64,000 nt of DNA from Actinomycetota bacterium (GTDB lineage: Bacteria > Actinomycetota > Thermoleophilia > Solirubrobacterales > 70-9). The DNA is taken from assembly GCA_046728915.1 (NCBI GenBank), contig JBKPFQ010000060.1, forward strand, positions 5,311-69,310, given 5' to 3'. A program made the position numbers and the translations under genes. The notes under the pieces are model-generated. The model was given only the letters and a program-made list of their open reading frames with translations, searched no databases and had not been told where the DNA came from. This document shows positions 18,828-26,731 of this stretch, piece after piece; positions within the stretch are counted from its first letter, which is position 1, and the number at the start of each line of letters is the position of its first letter.

Positions 18828-19412
18828 CTAGGACGAGCGCCGGCGCCCCGCGACCTTGCGGTCAGTCCACTCGCCGACCGACCCGACGGCCCACGCGACG
18901 CGGTGTGCTGCACGCCCGGTGGGCGAGGGGTCGAGCGGCTCGATCGCCGCGTCGGGCGTCGTCCCGAGGGCGACGGCGGCCTTTCTCACGGCCCCGATCT
19001 GCCGCCGCATCCGGCGCTCCCACGAGCGGCAGAACTCGGGCAGCTTGGTGTCGCCGCGCGCCTCGCTGACGTTGGCCAGGTAGCCCAGCAGGGTCGCCAC
19101 GTGCTCGAGGTCGTCGACGGCGAGCCGGAGCGCCTGGTTTCGCTCCAGGAACCGGTCCAGCACTGCGCCGCGGGCGAGTCCCAGGTTCGCCCCGCCTCCC
19201 TGGGCCGCGAAGCTCCCGTACAGGTCGTGGCGGGCGGTGAGGGGTCCGAGCTCGTTCAGCAGCTTGCCGAGCGACTCCGCCGCCTTGTCCAGCGGCTCCC
19301 GCGCCTCGGTGCCGTCGACGGAATGCGCCATCCGCCCGAGCCGCTTGGCGGCCTGGCTGGCGGTGACGTAGAGCTCGCGATAGCCACGGTTCTCGGCGGG
19401 GTGCAGCGGCAC
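18828..19412 (-). CDS. Hypothetical helical protein (194 aa)
   Basis: Balanced composition and GC-rich third positions (ATG CCG CTG CAC CCC GCC GAG AAC...). Same strand as ligD, 45 nt downstream of it. No family recognised. Confidence 0.5.
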   Translation of the reverse strand: MPLHPAENRGYRELYVTASQAAKRLGRMAHSVDGTEAREPLDKAAESLGKLLNELGPLTARHDLYGSFAAQGGGANLGLARGAVLDRFLERNQALRLAVDDLEHVATLLGYLANVSEARGDTKLPEFCRSWERRMRRQIGAVRKAAVALGTTPDAAIEPLDPSPTGRAAHRVAWAVGSVGEWTDRKVAGRRRSS

Positions 19413-19431
19413 GCGCCAACGCTATTCGAAA

Positions 19432-19449
19432 CCTGCGCCGCTCCGCAGG
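19432..19449 (-). terminator. Possible hairpin after ligD
   Basis: CCTGCG-N6-CGCAGG, followed on the minus strand by TTTCGAATAG. It is short and the tail is weak. Confidence 0.25.
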
Positions 19450-19457
19450 TCGCCCCA

Positions 19458-20927
19458 CTAGGGGGGTGGTTGGGGCCGCTCGAAGACGACTTCCTCGGGT
19501 TCCTTGTCGGGCCGCAGGCCCTTGTAGGATGGCGCGCGGAGGGTTCGCGTGGCGGTCCACTCGCGGAACTCGATCTCGGCGACGAGCTCGGGCTTGACGA
19601 AGACGGCGTCGCGTGGGGGCTGGCGGCCGGTGAAGGGGCTCTTGTTGGTTCGCAGCGGCTCCAGCAGGGAGGTCAGGCGGTCCAACTCGGCGTCGGAGAA
19701 GCCGGTTCCCACCCGGCCGGCGTAGCGGAGGTGGCGCTTCCCGTCCTCGTCCTCCATGTATCCCACCAGCAGCGCCCCCAGGGTGCCTGCGCGGCGGCCC
19801 TGTCCGGGCAGCCAGCCGCCGATCACGAGCTCCTGGCTCATGACGTTCTTGACCTTGAGCCAGGCGCGGGTGCGACGGCCCGGCAGGTAGCGGCTGTCGA
19901 GGCGCTTGGCGACGAGGCCCTCGAGGCCGCGCTCCTTGGTGAGGTCGAGGAGGCCCTTGCCGTCGCCGCGGTGGTAAGTCGGCGTCTGCCAGTTCGGGCC
20001 CTCGAGGCCGAGGTCGTCGAGGCGCTGGCGGCGCTCCGTGTAGGGGAGGTCGATCAGCATGCGGCCGTCGAGGTACAGGACGTCGAAGATCGTGTAGGTG
20101 ACGGGGCAGTCGCCCATGCGACGGCGGACGGTGGACTCGGAGGCGAGGTTCATACGGCTCTGTAGGCGCTCGAAGCTGGGCCGGCCTGCATCGTCGAAGG
20201 CGACCACCTCGCCGTCGAGGACGGCGTCGGTCGATCCCAGCTCGGCGGCCACAGCACGGAGCTCGGGGTAGGTCGCGGTGATGTCGCGCAGGGTGCGGCT
20301 CTCCAGGCGAAGGCGGCCGGCCTCGCAATAGGCGATCGCCCGGATGCCGTCCCACTTGATCTCGTACCCCCAGTTCTCGTCGTCGTGCGGCAGGGTGGAC
20401 AGCGTCGCCGCCATGGGCCTCAAGCCCTCCGGCATCGGCTTGCGGTCGGGATCCGCCGGCGGATCCAACCGGTGGATCATCCAGTTGTCGCCGTTGGTCT
20501 GGAAGAGCGCGTACTTGCCGCTCATCCGCTCGCCGTGGAAGGTGGCGATGACCTCGTCGTCGCGGAATTTCTCCGGATCGAAGGTGCCGCGGTCCCAGAT
20601 CCGCATCTTTCCCGCGCCGTACTGACCCTTGGGAATGTCGCCCTCGAACTCCAGGTACTCGAGGGGGTGGTCCTCGGTGTGCACCGCCAGGCGGTTCTGC
20701 TTCGGGTCCTGCGGAACGCCCTTCGGCAGCGCGAACGAGACGAGGGTTCCATCGTGCTCCAGGCGCAGATCCCAGTGGAGCCGGCGGGCGTGGTGCTCCT
20801 GGATCACGAAGCGGTTGCCGTTCGCCTTCCCCTTGTCGCCCTTCTTGCGCTTCCTGCCTTGGGGCTCCGGCGTCTCGTCGAACGAGCGCTTTCGCTCGTA
20901 CTCGCTGAGCTTCTTGCGGCCGGCCAT
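19458..20927 (-). CDS. ligD: ATP-dependent DNA ligase LigD, phosphoesterase + ligase domains only
   Basis: PE domain: KLSEYERKRSFDETPEP, FVIQEHHARRLHWDLRLE. Ligase motif I: YEIKWDGIRA. There is no polymerase/primase domain. The start MAGRKKL (20927) fits the family N-terminus better than the listed 21002. Confidence 0.85.
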   Translation of the reverse strand: MAGRKKLSEYERKRSFDETPEPQGRKRKKGDKGKANGNRFVIQEHHARRLHWDLRLEHDGTLVSFALPKGVPQDPKQNRLAVHTEDHPLEYLEFEGDIPKGQYGAGKMRIWDRGTFDPEKFRDDEVIATFHGERMSGKYALFQTNGDNWMIHRLDPPADPDRKPMPEGLRPMAATLSTLPHDDENWGYEIKWDGIRAIAYCEAGRLRLESRTLRDITATYPELRAVAAELGSTDAVLDGEVVAFDDAGRPSFERLQSRMNLASESTVRRRMGDCPVTYTIFDVLYLDGRMLIDLPYTERRQRLDDLGLEGPNWQTPTYHRGDGKGLLDLTKERGLEGLVAKRLDSRYLPGRRTRAWLKVKNVMSQELVIGGWLPGQGRRAGTLGALLVGYMEDEDGKRHLRYAGRVGTGFSDAELDRLTSLLEPLRTNKSPFTGRQPPRDAVFVKPELVAEIEFREWTATRTLRAPSYKGLRPDKEPEEVVFERPQPPP

Positions 20928-21016
20928 GGCGAGCCCATGGTAGGCGGGCGGGGTGGGTACCAGTTGACGCCTTCTTGCCGCTATCCGGCGATAGGGCGTC
21001 AAAAACGCGGTCGTTG

Positions 21017-21050
21017 CCCGTTGCCGAGCGTCTACAGTCTCGGCAACGGG
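21017..21050. other. Perfect 12-bp-stem hairpin abutting the tRNA 5' end
   Basis: CCCGTTGCCGAG-cgtctacagt-CTCGGCAACGGG. The last 3 nt are also nt 1-3 of the tRNA. Confidence 0.6.
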
Positions 21051-21118
21051 GGCGTGGCCCGAAGGTCGGGCTGCAGACTTTTAATCTGCTGGTCTGGGTT
21101 CGATTCCCAGCGCCCCCA
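21048..21118 (+). tRNA. tRNA-Lys (anticodon UUU)
   Basis: Hand-folded cloverleaf: acceptor GGGGGCG/CGCCCCC, D stem GCCC/GGGC, anticodon stem GCAGA/TCTGC with loop CTTTTAA, T stem CTGGG/CCCAG with loop TTCGATT, and discriminator A. CCA is not encoded. Confidence 0.85.
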
Positions 21119-21124
21119 CTGCTC

Positions 21125-21547
21125 TCAACCGTGCTTCTTCAGCGAACGGTGGGCGTGTGCGATGGCGTGCGGGCAGACGCCGTAGACGATCGAGACGGTT
21201 GCCCCCTTCGGGAGCTTCGTGCCCGCCGGCGGGGACTGGCTGAGGATCTTCTTGCACTTGCCGTTGTAGTGGGGGTTGCCGACCGTTCCCGTGAACGCGG
21301 GCGCGTGCTGCTGCAGTCCGACCCTCTCGACGTCGCGCACCGCCTTCCCGAATCGCTCACCGACCAGCTTGGGAACGGCGACGCGCTTCACCGCGGCTTC
21401 CGATCCCTGCCGGTGCGGCGGCGGAGTCCGCGCGACCGATGACGACGCGGTCGTGCTCGTCGACGTTCCGGAGCCCCCGCAACCCGCCACCAGGCCCGCC
21501 GCCAATACGACGATCGTCAACGGTCCGCCTGCAGTGAATCTCTTCAT
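21125..21547 (-). CDS. PASTA-domain lipoprotein
   Basis: MKRFTAGGPLTIVVLAAGLVAGCGG lipobox. GAAAGGGGA SD upstream of ATG 21547. C-terminal VAVPKLVGERFGKAVRDVERVGL...LSQSPPAGTKLPKGATVSIVYG is a single PASTA-like unit. Confidence 0.7.
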   Translation of the reverse strand: MKRFTAGGPLTIVVLAAGLVAGCGGSGTSTSTTASSSVARTPPPHRQGSEAAVKRVAVPKLVGERFGKAVRDVERVGLQQHAPAFTGTVGNPHYNGKCKKILSQSPPAGTKLPKGATVSIVYGVCPHAIAHAHRSLKKHG

Positions 21548-21563
21548 TCGGTCCCCTTTCTGC

Positions 21564-22238
21564 CTACCGCTTGTAGTCCCGTACCTCCTCGAGCGCGACC
21601 CTGCCGGCGATCTCAACCATGCCGCCGTCGAGTGGCCGGGTCAGGATGCGCGATCCGCGGCCCTGGCGGATGTCCAGCGGCCGCCCCAGCCGGTCGGTGA
21701 GGGCGACCGCGGCCGCTCCCGTCGCCTCGTCCTCCGGGATCCCGAACGGCTCCGCGAACACCCGCTCGCGCAGCACGCCGGCATCCTCGTCGATCCAGGC
21801 CCACATCCCGACCTCCGCGTCGCTCCTGGGCGACCCGTCCAGCGCCTCCACCTCGGCCGGCGAGCCGAGCTGCACGAACTCGAAGTCCGGCGCCCATTCG
21901 GGCCGCCCCGCCGCATACGTCCACTCGCCCCCGCTGCTGACCGGCACCTCGCCCGCCGGCGGCCGTAGTACCGGCACACCGCCGCGCTCGCGCGCGAGAA
22001 GCCACGCCGTGCCGACCACGGGATGGCCGGCGAAGGGAATCTCGATGGCCGGCGTGAAGATCCGGATCTCACCGCGCTCGGCGTCGTCGACGAACACCGT
22101 CTCGCTGAACCCAAGGTCCGCCGCAATCGCCTGCCGGTCGGCCTCGGGCACGGACGGCCCGTCGAGAAACACGCCCAGCGGATTGCCCCGGCTCCCATCG
22201 TCGCCGGTGAACACCCGCAGCACATGCAGCTCCGCCAT
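21564..22238 (-). CDS. PhzF-family isomerase-like protein
   Basis: MAELHVLRVFTGDDGSRGNPLGVFLD...FSETVFV...IFTPAIEIPFAGHPVVGTAW pattern. Confidence 0.75.
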   Translation of the reverse strand: MAELHVLRVFTGDDGSRGNPLGVFLDGPSVPEADRQAIAADLGFSETVFVDDAERGEIRIFTPAIEIPFAGHPVVGTAWLLARERGGVPVLRPPAGEVPVSSGGEWTYAAGRPEWAPDFEFVQLGSPAEVEALDGSPRSDAEVGMWAWIDEDAGVLRERVFAEPFGIPEDEATGAAAVALTDRLGRPLDIRQGRGSRILTRPLDGGMVEIAGRVALEEVRDYKR

Positions 22239-22248
22239 CTCTTCAGTT

Positions 22249-24063
22249 CTACTGAAGCGCGATTGCGAACGACCCGCCGAGCAGCGCCACCCCCGCCACC
22301 AACCACGCCACGTAATCGCCGATGTGCCCGCTGTGGAGCGCGCGCAGGGGCGCGGCGCCGCCGCGCGCCACCCTCGACGCGGCCCGAGCGGCCGGTCCCT
22401 GGATCCGGCATCCGAAAAGGCCGAGAGCGGCCACTCCGATCGCCCCGATCAGGGTGATGCCCGAGTACAGATAGGCGCTGGCGGGCGCCGAGTACGCGGC
22501 CGCCGCCTCCACCGCCGGCGCGCTCGCCCCACGCATCACGGTGGACGCGTAGGAAGAGCCGTCCGCGAACTGCTCCGCGGCCCCCTCGAAGGCCTCCACC
22601 AGCCCGGGAACGAGCCCGATCGCGAGGGCACCGGCCGCCAGCATCACCGTGGGTACGAACAGCAGCGCCGGCGTGCGCTCCGGCGCCCCCTCCGCCTCGG
22701 AGGTCTCCTCCTCCTCGGTCGCCGGCGCCGGCCCGCCTTCTCCCCAACCGAGGAAGATCCCGGCGGCGGCCCTGAGCACAGCCCCGGCGGTGAGCGCCGA
22801 CGTCGCGATCAGCACCCCGATCGCCCACCCGTACCCCTCCTTCACCAATCCCTCCTCGAGCAGCGACTTTCCGAAGAACGTCCCGAACGGCGGCAGCGCG
22901 GCGAACGACAGCGCCCCCACCACCCACACCGCTCCCGTGAACGGCAACCCAGGCCCAAAGGACCGCAGCCTCCGCTGCGACACGCTGCGGCGACGGTGCT
23001 GCACGATCCCGGCGGCGCCGAACAGCGCGGCCTTCCCGAGACCGTCGGCCACGATGTACACGGCCGCCCCGGCAACCCCGTCGGACGTCAGCAGCCCGAG
23101 CCCGATCAGGAACACCCCCACGTACGCGATCGTCGCGAACGCCAGCAGCCGCTTGATGTGGTCCTGCAGCGAGCACATGACCGCGCCGACGAGCGCGGTG
23201 AGCGAGCCCGCGATCACGAGCACGGCACGCAGCCCATCGGCGTGCACCGCCAGCGCGTCCCCGAACCCGTCGAACCAGATCCGCCCCACCGCGTAAATCC
23301 CCAGCTCGCTCATCGCGCCGGCGAACAGCAGGCAAACCGGCGTCGGCGCCACCGCGTACGCGTCGGCCAGCCAGAAGTGAAAGGGCACCACCGCCGCCTT
23401 GACGAAGAACCCGGCCGCCAGCAGGCAGAACGCCACCACCACCAGCCCATCCGGCGGCTCGCTCGCCAGCGCCTCGCCGATCTGCGCCAGATTCAGCGCC
23501 CCCGTGCGCCCGTATACCAGCGCGATGCCCGTGAGGATGAGAAACGAGCCGATCGTGTTGGTGACCGCGAAGTTCAGCGACCCCTCCACCGCCTCGTCCT
23601 CATCGATCTTGTAGCCCGCGAGCGCGAACGCCGCGACGCTCATCAGCTCGAAGAAGACGAACATGTTGAACAGATCGCCCGAGAGGCAGAAGCCGACCAT
23701 CCCGCTGAGAAACAGCAGCATCAGCGTCTGGAAGTGGGGCGGATCCGTCTCCCGGTAGCGCCACATCAAGACCAGCGCCGCCACCATCAGCACCGCGCAC
23801 AGCGTCGCCAGCCCGGCGCCGAAGGCGTCGACGACGAACGACACGCCGACGGCGATTCCGCGGTGCGTCTCCCAGCCACCGAACCAGTAGACCTCCGTGC
23901 CGGAGGCGGTCCGCGCAAGCAGAATCGCGCAGAACGTGACCACGGCCACCGTGGCGCCGAGCGCCACCACCTCGGCTACCGTCCTGTTCACGCGCGTAGC
24001 GACGGCGGTCAGCAACCCGGCCGCCAGCAGCGGCACGGCGACCGCGAGCGGTGCGACGTCCAT
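22249..24063 (-). CDS. mrpD: Mrp/Mnh antiporter subunit D (NuoM/N-like) with C-terminal extension
   Basis: Starts MDVAPLAVAVPLLAAGLL (ATG 24063). Multi-TM proton-pumping-subunit pattern (FELMSVAAFALAGY, WLADAYAVAPTPV). About 100 extra C-terminal residues include an acidic linker (ATEEEETSEAEG) and 3 more TM segments. Confidence 0.85.
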   Translation of the reverse strand: MDVAPLAVAVPLLAAGLLTAVATRVNRTVAEVVALGATVAVVTFCAILLARTASGTEVYWFGGWETHRGIAVGVSFVVDAFGAGLATLCAVLMVAALVLMWRYRETDPPHFQTLMLLFLSGMVGFCLSGDLFNMFVFFELMSVAAFALAGYKIDEDEAVEGSLNFAVTNTIGSFLILTGIALVYGRTGALNLAQIGEALASEPPDGLVVVAFCLLAAGFFVKAAVVPFHFWLADAYAVAPTPVCLLFAGAMSELGIYAVGRIWFDGFGDALAVHADGLRAVLVIAGSLTALVGAVMCSLQDHIKRLLAFATIAYVGVFLIGLGLLTSDGVAGAAVYIVADGLGKAALFGAAGIVQHRRRSVSQRRLRSFGPGLPFTGAVWVVGALSFAALPPFGTFFGKSLLEEGLVKEGYGWAIGVLIATSALTAGAVLRAAAGIFLGWGEGGPAPATEEEETSEAEGAPERTPALLFVPTVMLAAGALAIGLVPGLVEAFEGAAEQFADGSSYASTVMRGASAPAVEAAAAYSAPASAYLYSGITLIGAIGVAALGLFGCRIQGPAARAASRVARGGAAPLRALHSGHIGDYVAWLVAGVALLGGSFAIALQ

Positions 24064-24068
24064 GCCCT

Positions 24069-24413
24069 CTAACCCCGGAGGGCGCCCATCTCGTTGGGAT
24101 CGAGCGTGCCGAAGCGCCGGTGCGCCTGAACCGCCAGCGCCAGGAGCAGGGCCACCACGGTCGCCTCCACCACCACGTCCGTGAGCGTGAGCGTCGCGAC
24201 TATCGGATCGACCACCGACCTCGACGTCGAGATGTCGGCGAATATCGGCGCCGTGGCATTCGTCCGGTACCCGACCGCAAGCAGCAGCACGTACGTCGAC
24301 GACTGGACGACCGACAGGCACACGATCAGGTGCACGAGATTGCGGCTCGTGACGATCCCGTAGAGGCCGATGACGAACAGCCACCCCGCGACCGCATAGG
24401 GCAGGAAGCTCAC
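24069..24413 (-). CDS. mrpC: Mrp/Mnh antiporter subunit C (NuoK-like)
   Basis: 114 aa with 3 TM segments. GLYGIVTSRNLVHLIVCLSVVQSSTYVLLLAVGY. Confidence 0.85.
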   Translation of the reverse strand: MSFLPYAVAGWLFVIGLYGIVTSRNLVHLIVCLSVVQSSTYVLLLAVGYRTNATAPIFADISTSRSVVDPIVATLTLTDVVVEATVVALLLALAVQAHRRFGTLDPNEMGALRG

Positions 24414-25165
24414 AGCCGTCCCCTCCGAATCAGGAGCCGCTGATCCAGGAGCTCGCCCAGCACGACCAGCAGGGCGCCCATCACCTCGAGCCCCACGGCG
24501 ATGTTGAGCAGCGGGATGTCCCCTCCCGACACGAGGTTCGACACCCTCCCGAACGGCAGGAAGTTCTCGAGGTAGGCGCCGGCGACCACGAGGCCGCCGG
24601 TGCCGATCAGCGCGAACCCCGCGGCCCCCACCCCCTCGGACGCCTCCATCGCCGCCAGCGGCCGCAACCGCCCGAGCCGTATGTGCGTGCCCCCCAGGTA
24701 GACGAGGAACAGCGCGGTCATGAGGATCACCCCGCCCTGAAAGCCGCCGCCCGGCGTCAGGTGCCCGTGGACCACGACATAGATGCCGACCAGCAGGAAC
24801 GGCCCGACCAGCGCCGCGATGATGCTCCGCAGCGACCCGCTCCGGGCGGTCGGCCGCCGAACCGCCTCGGGCTCCGCCGGCACCTCCTCGCTCGCTCGCT
24901 GAACCCGAAGCAGGACGACGACCCCGACGGCGGCGGTGAAGAGGATGAACTCCTCCATGAGCGTGTCGAAGCCGCGAAAGTCGAACGTCGCCACGGCGAT
25001 CGACGACGTCGCATGGCGCTGCGGCACCGCGCTGTGCGCGAGGTACTGGCCATACCGCCCGTCGAAATCGCCGAACGATGGCAGTCCCGCGAGCCCCCAG
25101 ACCAGGACGGCGGCGAACCCGAGCACGCCGCCGGCGAACACGGCCAACCGCAGGCGCTGGCTCAC
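24410..25165 (-). CDS. mrpB: Mrp/Mnh antiporter subunit B (MnhB domain)
   Basis: FDFRGFDTLMEEFILFTA and HGHLTPGGGFQGGVI signatures. 4-nt overlaps with both neighbours. Confidence 0.8.
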   Translation of the reverse strand: MSQRLRLAVFAGGVLGFAAVLVWGLAGLPSFGDFDGRYGQYLAHSAVPQRHATSSIAVATFDFRGFDTLMEEFILFTAAVGVVVLLRVQRASEEVPAEPEAVRRPTARSGSLRSIIAALVGPFLLVGIYVVVHGHLTPGGGFQGGVILMTALFLVYLGGTHIRLGRLRPLAAMEASEGVGAAGFALIGTGGLVVAGAYLENFLPFGRVSNLVSGGDIPLLNIAVGLEVMGALLVVLGELLDQRLLIRRGRL

Positions 25166-25419
25166 CGCTCCTCCCGGTCGACCTGCTCGCGGCGGATGAT
25201 CTTGCGGAGGGCGTACATGATCATCGCCGGAAGGGCCACCGCCCCCACGACCACCTGCGAGAGCGCCACATCCGGGGCCTGGAACGCAAGGAACAGCACA
25301 GCGAGCGCGAGCCCGTAGACGCTGGCGACCAGCGCCTGCCTCGCCGGCTCTCGAGTCAGGACCACCGCGGTCCCCCCGAGCGTGACAGCCGTCAGCGCCG
25401 CTATCTGGACGGCAGTCAC
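25162..25419 (-). CDS. DUF4040-like small membrane subunit (equivalent of MrpA C-terminal region / MbhD)
   Basis: GTG 25419 with GGAGGA SD and a GTGA overlap with the mrpG stop. VTAVQIAALTAVTLGGTAVVLTREPARQALVASVYGLALAVLFLAFQAPDVALSQVVVG. Confidence 0.7.
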   Translation of the reverse strand: MTAVQIAALTAVTLGGTAVVLTREPARQALVASVYGLALAVLFLAFQAPDVALSQVVVGAVALPAMIMYALRKIIRREQVDREER

Positions 25420-25745
25420 GGCTCCTCCACCTCGATCCCCTCGTCCCGCTGGGGCCGCCAGTCGCCGCGCTCGCTTATCCGCGCCGCCCTCGCGGTCCCG
25501 TGCGCAAGCGCGGGAGAAGCGACCAGCACGAAGGCCGCGACCAGGGTCGCCTTGAGCGCGATCTGCGACGGCCCCTGGTAGACCCAGATGGCGGTGGCGA
25601 GCAGCAGCGCGCCGAGCGTCGCGGGTCCCACGTAGTGCAGCCGGTCGTAGACGTCCCTCATCGCGACGAGCCCCAGGACCGCGATGACCTCGCACGCGAC
25701 CCCAAGGCCGAGCAGCACGTAGGCGATGGCATCTCGAGCGCTCAC
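25416..25745 (-). CDS. mrpG: Mrp/Mnh antiporter subunit G
   Basis: VSARDAIAYVLLGLGVACEVIAVLGLVAMRDVYDRLHYVGPAT... is the MnhG pattern. GTG 25745 overlaps the mrpF stop (GTGA). Confidence 0.8.
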   Translation of the reverse strand: MSARDAIAYVLLGLGVACEVIAVLGLVAMRDVYDRLHYVGPATLGALLLATAIWVYQGPSQIALKATLVAAFVLVASPALAHGTARAARISERGDWRPQRDEGIEVEEP

Positions 25746-25993
25746 CGCATCCGCTCCAGGAAGCGCAGGAAGACGAGCGTCCCGGCGAACGAGAGCGGCG
25801 CCAGCACCACGGCCAGGTCGCCGAACGGCTCGCGTTGCTCCGCCTCGGCGAGCACCAGCAACGCTAGCGCCGCGATCGTCCCCGCGAGCTGCACCGCCAC
25901 CACGCCCTCGGCGAAGCTGCGCCGCAGGCACACCCAACCGCAGGGGATCAGCGCGGCGACCAGGATCGCCGCCGCGACGTGCCACTCCTTCAT
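25742..25993 (-). CDS. mrpF: Mrp/Mnh antiporter subunit F
   Basis: 83 aa: MKEWHVAAAILVAALIPCGWVCLRR...AVVLAPLSFAGTLVFLRFLER. ATGA overlap with the mrpE stop. Confidence 0.8.
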   Translation of the reverse strand: MKEWHVAAAILVAALIPCGWVCLRRSFAEGVVAVQLAGTIAALALLVLAEAEQREPFGDLAVVLAPLSFAGTLVFLRFLERMR

Positions 25994-26487
25994 CGCGCTG
26001 CGAACGGATCGAGGGGCTGGTCCGTGCGTACGAGCTCGTGAACCATCAACACGCCCTCGTCCTCGTCGGTCCCCACCACGTAGCGGTTCGGCGCGAGGGA
26101 GCCCCAGATCTCGGTGGCCGCTCGACCCGCCGCGCTGCGACGAGGCTCCGCGGGGCTGTAGCGGACGACCCGGAACGCGCCGCGCTGATCGCGCCCGGCA
26201 AGCCTCCGCACGAGCGCGACGGTGAGGATCCCGGTGTCCACCGCCAGCCGGACCAGCGGGCGCAGGAGCCGCCGCGGTCCCAGTCGCAGGAGTTCCATCG
26301 ACTCGCTGACGGTCTTCGGCGGCCCCGAGCGGACCACCAGCGCCGCGACGGTGGCGGCGATGGCCGCCACGACGGCACCCGCGACGAGCTCCGGCGTCTT
26401 GTGGGTGTCGGTGAGCACCACCCACAGGCCCATCAACAGCGCCCAGCGCAGGAGCCACCGCCCGGTCGCCGGAAGCAAAGCTGCCAT
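25990..26487 (-). CDS. mrpE: Mrp/Mnh antiporter subunit E
   Basis: MAALLPATGRWLLRWALLMGLWVVLTD... ATG 26487 is preferred. Codons between it and the listed TTG 26544 have low GC3 (TGT, TTT, TCT, TAT) and overlap the leader repeat. Confidence 0.75.
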   Translation of the reverse strand: MAALLPATGRWLLRWALLMGLWVVLTDTHKTPELVAGAVVAAIAATVAALVVRSGPPKTVSESMELLRLGPRRLLRPLVRLAVDTGILTVALVRRLAGRDQRGAFRVVRYSPAEPRRSAAGRAATEIWGSLAPNRYVVGTDEDEGVLMVHELVRTDQPLDPFAAR

Positions 26488-26537
26488 GTCGGGGAAATAC
26501 CCCCGCCTCGCGACAGAAAACCAGCGACACCTCTCGA

Positions 26538-26651
26538 CCGTCAACCCCGAAATGAACGGTCCGGACGGCGATCCATTCGGGGTTGACGGCGATCTAGACC
26601 GCCAACCCCGAACGCATCGCCTGGGACTTGACCACTTCGGCGTTGACGGCG
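26538..26651. repeat. Tandem pair of about 60-nt hairpin units in the purH-mrpE intergenic region
   Basis: Unit A: CCGTCAACCCCGAA (26538-26551) and TTCGGGGTTGACGG (26577-26590), a perfect 14-bp inverted repeat. Unit B: GCCAACCCCGAA (26601-26612) and TTCGGCGTTGAC (26636-26647), an imperfect copy. The arms also match as direct repeats between the two units. Confidence 0.7.
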
Positions 26652-26731
26652 TACTCGTGCGGCGCCTCGAAGGGCGAGAGGCGCGCCCATTCTGACGCAG
26701 CCCTACCCGCCCCGCCCCGCTGGGGGACGAG

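Noticed and set aside
18648-20355. 505-aa plus-strand and 497-aa minus-strand ORFs over the ligD region.
   Set aside because: Both are alternative frames of ligD or the 194-aa ORF. They are Arg/Pro/Gly-rich and carry no motifs. The LigD frame carries the PE and KxDG motifs.
21000-21130. tRNA-Lys as an integration hotspot or genomic-island boundary.
   Set aside because: There is no integrase, recombinase, transposase or repeated tRNA 3' fragment anywhere in the window. Flanking genes have the same composition by eye.
21619-24072. 817-aa plus-strand ORF, and a 564-aa minus-strand ORF (21641-23335).
   Set aside because: They are shadows of phzF and mrpD. Their composition is dominated by R/P/H/Q/G, which is incompatible with the membrane protein clearly encoded in the other frame.
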